Positions 13,500 to 27,562 of a stretch of DNA of 64,000 nucleotides are shown in pieces. The stretch is from Chrysomallon squamiferum (taxonomy: Eukaryota > Animalia > Mollusca), in contig CM022668.1 of assembly GCA_012295275.1 (NCBI GenBank), forward strand, positions 6,262,001-6,326,000, written 5' to 3'. The notes under the pieces are model-generated. The model worked only from the letters and a program-made list of their open reading frames with translations, did no database searches and was not told where the DNA came from. Each line of letters opens with the position of its first letter. Positions within the stretch are counted from its first letter, which is position 1. The position numbers were made by a program, and so were the translations under genes.

Positions 13500-14280
13500 C
13501 AATAACTAAAAAAACTATTACTAGCACTACTATCACAACTACTAACACAGTGCCATAATGTTATCATCATTACCACCACTTACAATGCTACTACTACAAC
13601 TACCACTATGTATCTACTACAACTGTCGCTATTACTCCTACAATACTACATATATCATTAACACTGCTACCACTATCACTGCCACCACTACTATTACTTC
13701 TAACACCAACACCACTACTACTACTATTACTACTATTACAAATACCACCACTAGTACTACCAAAACTATTTCTGTTGTTACTACTACTGTTACCATACCA
13801 CCAACCACCACAACACTCTCCACTACTGCTACTACAACAATTACCACTGTTACTACTACTTCTGCTATCACAGTAAATACTGCTTTTACTACTAGACTAC
13901 TGCTGCTGCTACTACTACTACCACTACAACTATCATTACGCTGACTGCCACTACTACTTCTACAACTGCTATTACCATCACCACCATAACTGCTACTACC
14001 CCAACTACCACAAACCACCACCACTACTACTACTACAAGTCACCATCACTACTACAACTACCACAGCTACCACTACTGTTGGCACCACTGCTATCACAGT
14101 CTCCACTACCACAGTTACTACTATTTCTACTATCACAATAAATACTTCTTTCACTGCTATAGTACTAGTCTACAGTGGCTCTGCTACTACTACCACTACT
14201 ACCTTTATCATGATGACAATGACAACCTCTACAAATACTGCTACAGCCACAATGACTGATACTACTGCAACTACAAAAAT
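13500..14280. repeat. Cryptic (ACT/ACC)n low-complexity tract upstream of FReD copy 1 (paralogues about 23540-24240 and 47400-48090)
   Basis: Degenerate act/acc/atc trinucleotide runs, alignable among the three duplication units. Confidence 0.9.
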
Positions 14281-15847
14281 AGTAATAAAATCAATTAAAC
14301 CTTGATCACTTACATTTTTATGATTTGTGCTCTGTGACAGAACCTTTAAATTATCAGCAAAACTGTAAAGTCTCCTTTATCTCTGAAACTATATTTGCTG
14401 CAACTGTTTTTAATAATTTAAAATCAGTAAAATAAAGACAAAAATAAGGCAATAAACAACAGGGTATTATTTCTCTCTTAATTTTGATGAGAAAGGACAT
14501 TTTATCACTTTTTGATATGATTTGTTAAAAAGATTTGAAATTTGATCTTCTTGCAAATTTCTTCTTCGTTATTTAATTTTAGATTTACTATTAAACAGCG
14601 CGAATAGAAAAGAAATTATTGGAAACATGTTAAGAATTATTATTGTGTGTCTGTTTTCACTAACTTGTTTGTGGGGACGTTTGCAGTACGATGCTGAATT
14701 TCAACACCACATCATAACCAAGATGTCTCATCATCATTGTATGACTGTTCTGCTGCCTGTGTAGCTGATATGTGTTGTAAATCTTTTAACTTCTTCGCAT
14801 CTACCCTGGAGTGTCAACTCAACTACAAAACAAAGGAAGAAAGTTCACAAGAATTTGTCACAAAGAAAGGATCAATTTATCAAGACAAAAATTCTATAGA
14901 CAAGGTGAGATTTAATTTTTCTTTGCAAAGATAACATCATAACGGTTATTACCATGAATAATAGCACTACCACGATCACTCCACCACTAATATAACTACC
15001 ACTACCACTACTACTATTATTATAACTTCTATGACTATTACTAGTATTATTATTTTTACTATGACTGCTACTATTACTAAAACTAATACTTCTGCTATTA
15101 GCTAATGCTATGACTAATAGTTCTATACTAGAACTACACTACAAGTACTGCTGCTTCCACTAAAACTATTACTGCTACAGCATCTTTTATCCAAAACAAG
15201 AGACCATTTCTATCTGATTTTAACCATCTACTTTTCACATTTTTTCACGTCATGGTTAGTCTTTTGAATATTGTGTCCTGGCAGAGGGAAAGATCTTTTG
15301 CTTCCAGTTTACTGTCAAAAAGTACTTATTAACTCATTTATCCAAATTACCAAAATTAATGGTCTAATATTGTTATTACTACCACTGCTACTATTATTAT
15401 TACTAATACTACTTCTACTATTACTACTACCATATTAATATTATTATTACTACTATTATTACTGCTACTACTGTTACTATTACTACTACTTCTATTACTA
15501 CTATTACTATATTATTATCAATACTGTACTACTAGTGCTATTCCAGCTGTTGCTAGACAGATATAGATGTAGATACAGATACAGATACACAGAGAGACAT
15601 ACACATGTATATACAGTAGTGGCATTCAAAATGTTGTTTGACCAACAGCATATTAGGCTGGAGCATATAGTTCCAAAGTGGAAATTATTAATTAAAGTGA
15701 TTTTCATAAATTTAAAATTAAAAACAAATTGTCTTAAACAATAGTTAAAGCATCATTATATTATCACTGAGGAGATTGTTTATGGTTTATGATTGTGTGA
15801 TATGAAGATTGGTCTAACAGCTGGATTTCCAATCTCATGTAGATATA

Positions 15848-16159
15848 GAGTTTGAGAATTCTGTGTCTGAAATGCTTGAGACTGGAAGGGCTTCAGATTT
15901 CAGACGTTTTCAGATGGAGAGATACAAGGAGTTAGCCTGAATAGAGGATACGAATTTCATTTATATTTCATATTCAAATGGTCTGCTGGAATTTTATATA
16001 TTATTATCTTTTTCAATAATGTTCTGCATAAAATAATGTTAGTGAATGCAAAACAATCTAAAAATTGTTTTATTATTTCTGAATCTCTGCTTGGAGAAAG
16101 TTTCTGGTTTCGGAGCTTTTTTCATATTTCAGAAATTCGAATAAGGGATGCTTGAACTA
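15848..16159. mobile_element. Tigger/pogo-like MITE in intron 1 (also about 50410-50708 and, partially, about 26246-26437)
   Basis: Imperfect inverted termini (tttgagaattc..tctgaaatgctt / ttcagaaattcgaataagggatgcttgaac). From memory it resembles Tigger4/Zombi-type MITEs; not verified by search. Confidence 0.55.
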
Positions 16160-16445
16160 TATATATGTGTGTGTGTGTGATGCGGGGGGGTGTGTGTGAA
16201 TTAATTCATTTATGACAGGATATTCTCTGACTTATGTACATCTGATTAGACTGCATATAGACAATATTTGTGAATGCACTGGCACAGGAAAACAGTCCAA
16301 TCACAAACCCTGTCAGGTGCCACTGACGAGACTTAGACTTATGGCAAGTTTTGTGTGGCAAAGGATTGCATTCTGATAGCATCATAGAAATTTTAAGAGA
16401 ATTAAGAAACCATTAACAACCATTACATATGCAATATATATATAT

Positions 16446-19282
16446 GGGTCATTCCGTGTCAAATCACCCAATGGTTTAAACCCGACCGTCTCAGATTTTT
16501 ATGAAACTTGGTATACTTGTTGACTGGGATCCCACAGCACCAAATCTGACATTTTAGCTCAATCAGACCAGTGGTGTGGGAGATACGGCCCACGGAATTT
16601 TGAGATTTTTGCCAAAAATGGGTGTGACCACCAACCTTAGAACCCTCATATCTCAGGAACTACTGGGCCAATCTTCACAAAATTGGTATTGTTAGAAAGG
16701 CAAAATGACAAGGATACCAAATCTGCCAATTTTGTTTAGTTTGGAAAATATTGGAGTACCTTGACCTATTGACCTTTGCTATGACCTTGAAATTGACCGT
16801 GTGGATCACGTGATCTTGAGATGACCTTTATTGAAATTTAATCTCCCACATGTTAACTAAAACATATAAAAGTTTCCTGGGTGTAATATTTTTGTTTAGC
16901 CACAATATAGATTTAAAAATGCACATACCTGAAAATAACACCTTTTCAGCCATTAACATCTGATTGACTAAAACCTGAATGATCAATTCTGGATGCTAAG
17001 AATCACCATCTCTCTTGATCATTGAGTAAGACATTGTAGGCCTACATGTATGCATAAAGTTCACATATAAAAGTTTCCTGGGTATAATATTTTTGTTTAG
17101 CCTTAATAGAGATTTAAAAAAAAAATGCATACCTGCATGGATGATTGATACAATGCATTACAATGTACATTTTCTCTGAGACTAAAAACTCATCTTTGGA
17201 GTTAAAACCCACCTGACATGTCTGAAGGAATGCCTGAAGGATATGAAAAGATGCCAAATGGCATGACATGTTCTACACAATCAGGCTCAAAGGGTTAACA
17301 GGAAGTAATGCTTCAGGCAGGTCAGGAGCTCCTTTAGATTCCCTGGTGCAATCCCCATTGAGCACATGGCAATTTGAAGTTTAAGACAAAGAAGTTTCTT
17401 CATCTGCATTTCTTTGACAATCTGAAGCTTTTAAGTTGGACACAATGTCAGATGTTGATATATAAACAATATTTTTATTTCATAAAACCTGTTAAGTAAT
17501 TTTATCATGTCATGTGGGCCTTGCCATTGGTTTTGAACAAGGTTTCAGTCAACAGTACAACCCAGTCTGAAATCAGATGTCATCAAGTGATGCACTGCAT
17601 AATGTATTTGTACACCAAGTCTTCGGCACAGATTATGAATAAGGTCTACTTCACCTTAATAAACTGTGATTTATACTTGAGAAGATTGACATAAATGCCT
17701 AAGACTTGTGGGCCTTTGGCAATAACACATGTACTCTGCTGCCATTTTATGACCTGCTTAACTTTACTGAAAGGGTTTCAGGATTTGATTTAATATTTAG
17801 GAAAGCACTGACTTTGTTCTATTGAACAATACTGAAAATCCTTATTTCTTCCAGAGCTAACTGCAGCTTTAACTCTCCTAAAAATGTGTGTTATCAACAC
17901 CATCATATCAAAAAGGAGTTGTTGCAAAGTGTATGGAAAACTGAGGAAATCGAACTCCTCACTCTTTGAAGTGGGATCAAAACACAGGACATCAAGAGTA
18001 TCATGAACAAGAACTTTTCATCAAATTTTCAACATCGCAGAAAAAACTGTTGTGATCCCCTTAATCGCCACCCTGAGCAAGCACGCACTAGATCTTTAAG
18101 AATTGTTAGCATGGGCACTTACAAATGCTTAGTAAATCCTCCAAAGACACTAGTGTCAGGAGACAAGTTGTGCTGTGACTGTCTGATTACCCTTCAGAAA
18201 TCAAAGGTCCTGCAGAGGATGGCTTTAGTATGGGTGGTACTACAATGGGAGAATTTGGTGATAACTTGCCAGACAAACCGCTGGTTGTTGTTTCCCCAGA
18301 AAAGGACTTTGATTTGAATTACATTCTGTTGAGTTTAGGCGAAACGCCTGTCAAACTCCATTCACTAGCACATTCCAGTAAATGAATGAAAGGACAGAAA
18401 AAAACTAGCATCAGCTACAGTAACATTAAAATGACATCTTAATGTCTGAATCCTATCCAGAGCGTGTGCAAATCTTGATTTTGTCACCCTTTACCATTGA
18501 AAGGACAATGAATTGAAGGAGGAAATAATCCAATTTTATGAAAGTGATGAGAACAGTAGAATGTGTCTGGGAATGAAGGATACAGTGAGCATTTGAAACA
18601 AACATAGTGAGAAGGTTAAGCATCAGAAACACCTAGTTCTCTCAAATTTATGTGAACTTTTATACATACATGTAGGCCTTCAATGTCTTACTAGATGATC
18701 AAGAAAGATGGTGATCCCTAGCATCCAGAATTGATCATTCAGGTTTTAGTTAATCAGATGTTAATGGCTGTAAACGTGTTATTTTCAGGTATGTGCATTT
18801 TTTAAATCTATATTGTGGCTAAACAAAAAATATTACACCCAGGAAACTTTTATATGTTTTAGTTAACATGTAGGAGATTAAATTTCAATAAAGGTCATCT
18901 CAAAATCACGTGATCCACACGGTCAATTTCAAGGTCATAGCAAAGGTCAAAAGGTCAAGGTACTCCAATATTTTCCAAACTAAACAAAAATGGCAGATTT
19001 GGTATCCTTGTCATTTTGCCTTTCTGACAATACCAATTTTATGAAGATTGGCCCAGTAGTTCCTGAGATATGAGGGTTCTAAGGTTGGTGGTCACATCCA
19101 TTTTTGGCAAAAATCTCAAAATTCCGAGGGCCGTATCTCCCACACCACTGGTCTGATTGAGCTAAAATGTCAGATTTGGTGCTGTGGGATCCCAGTCAAC
19201 AAGTATACCAAGTTTTATAAAAATCTGAGACGGTCGGGTTTAAATTTCTTTTTTTTTTGGGTGATTTGACACGGAATGACCC
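16446..19282 (+). mobile_element. Non-autonomous Sola2-like DNA transposon with ~620 bp terminal inverted repeats
   Basis: Termini GGGTCATTCCGTGTCAAATCACCCA ... TGGGTGATTTGACACGGAATGACCC. TIRs about 16446-17067 and 18649-19282. ATAT flanks both ends, within an (AT)n run. Internal transposase remnant. GRG termini, 4-bp TSD and long TIRs fit Sola2. Confidence 0.85.
18003..18660 (+). pseudogene. N-terminal remnant of a Sola2-type transposase
   Basis: CCDPLNRH...SLRIVS...GDKLCCDC Zn-binding-like motif, then QFYESDENSRMCLGMKDTVSI*NKHSEKVKHQKHLVLSNLCEL, matching the recalled FYxxDExSRxxPGxKDxVS...QKRLxLxNLxEL motif. Stops and frameshifts present; catalytic region absent. Confidence 0.75.
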
Positions 19283-20252
19283 ATATATATATATATGCAA
19301 TGAAAAAAGAGACTCAAAATTTGGAAAAATCAAATTAGATTTAATTAAACATAAAAGTTAACCAGAAACACATTTTATAGTGCACAGATTAAATTGTATT
19401 TTTAGGACACTTTTAGAATACTTTAATGTTTTCGTAATAAAATAAGCAAAATACATCAAAACAGACTAGTGGTGACTTTATAATGTATTTTTACTTTGGC
19501 CTTGATAATATTCCCAGTTACTCCAACACAAGTATGTATGTATCACGTGTACATGCATTTGTGTATATCTGTCTCAGTGTGAAAACATGTTTGCATGAAT
19601 ACATCCAAAATAGACAAATTATAACTTGTATAGAGAGAGGCAGAGAAGCTACTGTTAAGAGAAACTATTATTTTTTGCAGTCAGTAGCTGGGGCCTGTGG
19701 TTTTGAAATCTGCTTATCTTGTTCAAAGTGCCATGTCCACAAAGACATGAATCAAGTTAAATGTGTACCATGTTACAATAAGATAAAGATATAACCTGGT
19801 GAAAGCAATAGAACATCCCTCAGAAATTCTGGTAAATATTTATTTCTTAAACTTGAACTTAAAACTGTTACTACTAGAACTGCTATTAGTACTACTGTTA
19901 CTATTTCTACTAGTACTACTACTACTACTACTGTTACTATGTCTACTACTATTACTACTACAGTTACTACTAATATAATAATAATAATTATTATTATTAT
20001 TATTGTTATTATTATTATTATTATTGTAATGATAAAGATGATGATGATAGTAATAATACAGAAGTCTGTATCTGCGTTTTTATATCTGTCTCTCTATCTA
20101 TGTATATATCTTTATCTACAAATCTATATATGTATGTATATAAGCATCTAGATATGTATGTAGCCATCTCTGTTTGATTGTCTATTTGCTATTCAGAGTG
20201 TAAGTATCTATGCATATCTGTCTGTCTATCTACCTATCTGTATATGTTTATA

Positions 20253-20286
<34 letters not shown>

Positions 20287-21802
20287 TAATGGAACAATTA
20301 CATATTTTATATTTAAGGTAATGAATGTATTTCAGAAATGTTTTCCAGTCCTGTGTCTAGTAAAGGAACAAACAACTGCAGTGGAAACTACAAGCTGATT
20401 GCTTCTGAAGTGAGGAACTTGGAAGTTTTTTGTGACATGACAACAGATTGCAGCGGCAGGCTGGTACATTGTTTGACAAACTTGTTAGGTCACTACGGTA
20501 ACATGCTTAGAGATATGTTGGTTGTGTTGCTATGGTGATACTATTCTACTGTATTGACCTGTTTAGTTTGACTACTGATAACTGTAAAAGCAGCAGGTGC
20601 AGGCAGTCTTAGAAATAGTGTCAGTAGTACTAGCAGCACTAGCATAAGAGGCAATAGTACTAGTAGTGTAGTAGGAGCACTAACAGTAACAGTAGCAGCA
20701 GCAGCAGTAGTAATAGTAACAGTAGTAGTAGTAATTGTTATTCTTGTATTTGTAGTAATACTATTAGGAGAGTTGTAATGCTTGTAGTAGTAGATACGTT
20801 TCCATTTGTATTAATAGAGTAGTACTAGTAGCAGCAGCAGCAGCAGTAGTGGTAGTAGTAATAGTAGTAGTAGTAGTAGTTATGCTGTTATTTGTAGTAA
20901 TAATGTTAGGGGTACTGCAGTGATAGTAGTAGTAGTAGCAGTAGTTATGGTGACATTTCTAGTAGCAGCAGTAGTTACAGGAGTATTTATGGTTTCTTTT
21001 GTAATAGTAATTGCCATCACAGTTGTATAACTAACTAATAATTATTAATAATAATGATTTTAGTTGCATATGCAATATATTTATAATTAATAATAATGAA
21101 ACTGGTAAAATTGTCATTGTGGTTGTACTAATTGTAGTAATAGTCATAGTAACAGCAGTTGTTATAGTAGTACAAGTAAAAATAAAAGCAGTAGTGGTAG
21201 TAACAGCAACAGTAGAAGTATTAGCTGTAGCAGAAACAGTACCGGTAGTAGTAGTAGTAGTAATAGTAGTAGTAGCTGTAGCAACGTTGGTAATAGTAAC
21301 AGCAGCAGCAGTATCAGTAATTGTCAAAGTCATTATAGTAGTATTAGTAGTAGTAGCAGTAGTAATAGTAGCAGTAGTACTGCAGTGGTAGTAACTCAGT
21401 AGAGGTTGTAATTCTGTTTTTAATCTGCTGTTATAGGTGATACAGAGAAGTATGGATGGATCTACAGACTTCTACAGAACATGGCAGGATTACAAGGAGG
21501 GATTCGGAGATGTAGAAAGAGAATTTTGGTTGGGTAAGAAACATTTGTTGTTTGTGATTTGTAAACTTTGAAACAGACAGACACAGCAAATAACAGACAA
21601 ATAAAAAGATAACTAGAAATAGGTATAATAACAACTAATGTGATGGATGAGAGACTGATAGACGAATATATGGATGGATGGATGGTCGGAAGAGATGGTG
21701 AGAAAAAAATAATAAATTGAGAGATAAATTTCTTTGTCAATTTTTATTATGTACAGTGAAATAACAACCTTACAAATTGATAGAAAGATCTAATAAATTC
21801 TA

Positions 21803-21949
<147 letters not shown>

Positions 21950-24583
21950 TTAGATAGACTGAGAGAAAGAAGTATGCATTTTTCTCTCTTTTCTTAGCTG
22001 ACATTATAATACTACAAAGCAGTAAAAGAACAATTTAAAATATTTAGCTGTGAATTATTTCAGGAAATGAGAAGATCTACAAGATAACAAGTAAACAAAA
22101 ATATGAGCTACATGTTGATCTAGAAGACTTTGAAGGAAACAAAGGTTATGCAATGTACTCGACATTTTCACTGGGTAGTGAGGCAGAGAACTACACTCTA
22201 CACATTGGATCTTACAGCGGAGACGCAGGTTGGTATGTCATAAGTCATTGATAATCATAATGTTTTGTGGTAATTATGAAGAATTTTAATCATTTAAAAT
22301 GTCTTATGTGTTAACTGCAATCGATACTCAGACTTTTGCGTCAATGGCTATAAAGATAATCATTATACGGTCTTATAGCTTGTTTACTGAATTTATTGAT
22401 TAAATTATTTATATTGTGTTTATAGAAAAATGTCAGACATTTCAGTGATAAATTCTTATATTGAAAATATACTTGCCATATTGCAGTGTGATTATTGATG
22501 TTATTTGTTAGTATTCACCTTCTTGTTTGATTGTCATAACCCTTATTCCTAAATTAACGTGTGGTGTCTGAAGCAAGTACATGTAGTTTATTTTTCATGG
22601 TGCTGAAATTGCCTAGTCATAATATTTTGCTACTACATCCTTATCACCATAAGGACAATCCAACCAATTGTAAAAAATTTTTATTCCAAACAGAGCATAT
22701 GTTTTGTAAAATCTCTCTATGCAGTATCAAAAAAGATTACCTCTTGATTTTAATTTGTAGCTATCAAATTTCACTATATCACATATAATTTGTATGGTAA
22801 CACGAGTGACAAACACATAGGCCCACATCAAGCAGTTAATATATTTTAGTGAAGTCACTTGTAATTCAGCTCTAATATTTGTTGAATATCAATCATTAAT
22901 ATCTATATTTTCCCAAAATAAATTAATAAATGGTTATTTTCATGCCAAAGCTGTCTTTTTAATCATCTGAAGAATGATTCATATATATATGAAACTAAAA
23001 TGAAAGAATTTTTTGTTTTATAAATGAACTCATGCTATGAAAAATATTATTTCATTGGAGATAGCAAGATGAATTGTTAGTATTAGTAAAGTAACAGAGC
23101 ATTATAATCATCATCATCATCACCATCATCATCATCAAAATGATCAGAATGTGATTCTGTATTTTATAATATCTTTTGGGTTTTGTGATCATTTTGGACA
23201 CAGTTATTGGAATATCTTAACAAGAACATATGAATCACATAAGAATTATTAACAAGCTTAAAACTGTTAATCCCAGGGGAAACAAACCACTTTAGTTTTT
23301 CAAACAGCAATTCATGCATAAGTGTTTCCAAGCACTTAGTGATAAACTTGAATTTTAAATGAACATTCACACATAGCGATTTGTGTCAAATGATAAACTT
23401 CCAGCAGAGACAATATGTCAGGATGTGTTACAACATAATAGTTCCAAATAGTATCTTCCAAAACGGTATTTTCATGGGGTATATGTTTGTAAAAAATTTG
23501 TAACTTTAACAATGATGCCAAACAAATGATGAAGACTATAATCACAATAACTAACAAAACTATTACTACTATTACTATCACTACTACCACTACTATTAAC
23601 ACAGTGACATACTGCTACCTTCACTACCACTACTACTACTACATCTACTATTACAACTACAACTATGTGTCTACTACAACTAATCCAGCAAGTACTACAA
23701 GTATCTTTAACATTACTACCACCACCACCACCAGTACTACTGTCACCATTTCCATCACTGTATTACCAAAACAAGTTCTGCTGTTACTACTGCTATTACC
23801 ACACCACCTGCCACAACAACAATCTCCATACTATTGCTACAACAATTACTTCTATTACTACAACTATTGCTATGACAATAAACACTACTTTTACTACTAA
23901 ACTACTGCTGCTACTACTACTGATATGACTACAGCTATCATTATCATGACTACTACTACTACCTCTACAACTGCTTTTAACATCACCACCATGACGTCTA
24001 CTACCCCAACTACAACAAACCAAAACCACTACTACCACTGCAACTATCACAGCTATCACTGCTATTAACACCACCTCTATCACAATCCCACTACCAAAGT
24101 TACTAGTATTTCTACTATCACAATAAACACTACTTTCACTACTACTACTACTACTACTATTATCTTTATCATGACTACAATGACTGCCTCTACAAATACT
24201 GCTACAACCACGATAAGTACTACAACTGCAACTACTGTACAAATAGTAATATAATAAATAACACCTTGATCACTTACATTTTCATGTACTCTGTGACAGA
24301 ACCTTTAGATTATTAGCAGACTGTAAAATCTGTTTTATCTCTGTAACCATGTTTGCTGCAACTGTTTTTAATAATTTAAAATCTGTAAAATAATGACAAA
24401 AGTAAGCCAATAAACAACAGGGTATTATTTCTGTCTTACATTGATGAGAAAGGACATTTTATCACTTTTTCATATGATTTGTTAAAAAGGTTTGAAATTT
24501 GATCTTCTTGCAAATTTCTTCTTCGTTATTTAATTTTAGTTTTACTATTAAAGAGCGCAAATAGAAAAGAAATTATTGGAAAC

Positions 24584-26438
24584 ATGTTAAGAATTATTAT
24601 TGTGTGTCTGTTTTCACTAACTTGTTTGTGGGGACGTTTGCAGTACGATGCTGAATTTCAACATCACGTCATAACCACGATGTCCCACTCGTCGTTGTAT
24701 GACTGTTCTGCTGCCTGTGTAATTGATATGTGTTGTAAATCTTTTAACTTCTTCACATCTACCCTGGAGTGTCAACTCAACTACAAAACAGGAGAACAAA
24801 GTCCACTAGATTTAGTGACATGGAAAGGATCAATTTATCAAGACAAAAATTCTATAGACAAGGTGAGATTTTTATATTTTTCGCAAAGATAACATTGTAA
24901 TGGTTATTACTACCACTACTATCAATACTACCACCATCACACCACCACTACCACCACTAATATAACTACCACTACAATTAGTACTATTATCACAATTTAT
25001 ATGACTGTATCTATTATTATTATTGTTGCTATCACTACTGCTATTACTACTATTATCACCACCATTCCATTAATGTTATTAATACTTCTACTACATAACT
25101 AATACTTCAACTACTTAACTAATACTTCTACTGCTAGCACTACAACAAATATTTCTATACTAGTACTACCACTAAAATTACTGCTTGTAATGTTATAACT
25201 AATACTGTTATAACTTGAGCTAATACTGTTATAATTTCTACTATTACCAGTACTGCTTCTACTACTACTATAACTGTTACTACTAGTATTACCATGAGTA
25301 CAACTGTTAGTACTATTACTACTATTACTATTGCTACTACAATCACCACCATTCCCACCATTAATATTACTACTATTACCATTACTACAACTACTGTTAC
25401 TACTACTACTACTACTCTTACTATTGCTACTACCACTACTACTATAACTTCTACTGTTACTACTACAAATATTGCTATTGCTACTACTTTTACTATTACT
25501 ATTGCTACTACTTTTACTACTACAACTAGTACTAGTACTGTTATTACTGCTACTACTGTTACTATTACTACTACCACTGCTACTACTGCTATTACTAATA
25601 CTACTACTATTACCACTACTACCATTAGTACAACCATTACTAATACTACTACTACTACTATTACTATTACTACTAATACTAAATTCTATAGACAAAATGA
25701 GATTATGTTGTATCCTTCGTTTCGTGATCACTGTCTTCTCTTTTGTAGTCATTTAGTCTTATGATCTTTTTTTACTACTACTACTATTACTACTATTACT
25801 ACTACTACCACCACTACTATTAGTATTACTACTACTACTGTTACTACTACTATTACTACTACAACTAAATTCTACAGACAAAATGAGATTATATTGTATC
25901 CTTCCTTTGATGATTGTTGTTGTGAATTATATGGTCATTTAGTCGTGTTCTTTTCTTCTTTTTTATTTTCTTTGTTTCATTTCAATTCTAGAATTAGTAC
26001 TATTTGTAATATCAATACTGTACTATTAGTACTAATTCAGCTGCTGCTAGACAGATATAGATGTAGATACAGATACACAGAGAGACATACACATGTATAT
26101 TCAGTGGTGGGACTCAAAATGTTCTTTGGCCAACAGCATAGTAGGTTGGAGCTGTTTACTTCCAAAATAGAAATGATTAATTAGGTGATTTCAAATTTCA
26201 AAATTGTCTAAAACAATGTTTAAAGCATCATTATATTAACACTGGAATTTTTCAGATGTAGAGATACAAGGAGAAGGCATGAATATTTCATATTCAGTTT
26301 TAAAATAATTCTGTGCATAAAATAATGTTAGTGAATGCAAAACAATCTGAAAACTGCATCATTAATTCTGCTACTCTGCTTGGAGAAAGTTTCTGACTTC
26401 AGAGCTTCTCGTATTTCAGATAAGAGATCCTTGACATG

Positions 26439-26473
<35 letters not shown>

Positions 26474-27122
26474 TTATGTACATATATATGACTTCATTTA
26501 AGATTGAATATTCTGTTTTATGGACATCTGATAAGGCTCTGCACAGAGACAATATTTGTGAAAGCACTGGCAAATCACAAACCCTGTTAAATGCCACTGA
26601 CACAACTCAAATTTATGGCAAAGCTTTGTGTGGCAAAGGATTACATCTTAGATCAAGGACAGGAAGTTTGAAGATGTTTCAAGAGGAAAAGTAAACATTA
26701 TATATGTGTGGAGGTATATTACAGATAATTTTGGAATATATATAAACATACAGCAAAATTTATTTACATATACATGTACCTATATATGAATGTGTTAGTA
26801 TTTATCTGTCTCAGTGTGAAAACATGTTTGCATGAATACATCAAAAATAGACAAATTATAAATTGTATAGAGTGAGGCAGAGAAACTACTGTTAAGAGAA
26901 ATTATTTTTTTTTTTTTTTTTTGCAGTCAGTAGCTGGGGCCTGTGGTTTTGAAACCTGCTTTTCTGGTTCAAAGTGCCATGTTCACAAAGACATGAATCA
27001 AACTAAATGTGTACCTTATAGCAGTGAGATAAATATTTTACCTATTGAAAGCAATAGAACATCCCTCAGCAATTCTGGTAAATATTTATTTCTTAAACTT
27101 GAACTTACAACTGTTACCACTT

Positions 27123-27156
<34 letters not shown>

Positions 27157-27234
27157 TACTATTACTACAATAATATTATTATGATGATGATGATGATGAT
27201 GATATTATTAATACAGAAGTCTGTATTTGTGTTT

Positions 27235-27290
<56 letters not shown>

Positions 27291-27522
27291 ATATGTGTGC
27301 ATGTGTGTGTGTATATATATATAGATAGATCTTATATATATTATTCGTTTATCTCTTTAATTATGTATTTATATATGCATATTTGCATGTAGGTATGTAT
27401 ATAGCTATCTCTGCTTGATTGTCCATTCGCTATTCAGATTGTATGTATCTATGTATATCTGACTCTCTCTCTCTCTGTCTATCTTTCTGTATCTGTTTAT
27501 AGCTATGTGTTAGTGGTCTTGT

Positions 27523-27562
<40 letters not shown>

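Noticed and set aside
13558-14024. Thr-, Val-, Ser- and Leu-rich ORFs here and at 21031-21391, 23526-24242, 25111-25764, 47650-48088, 49277-50096 and 52032-52557 (mucin-like appearance)
   Set aside because: They are translations of degenerate (ACT/AGT)n tracts, open on both strands, lying in introns or upstream DNA, and their frames are not conserved among paralogous units.
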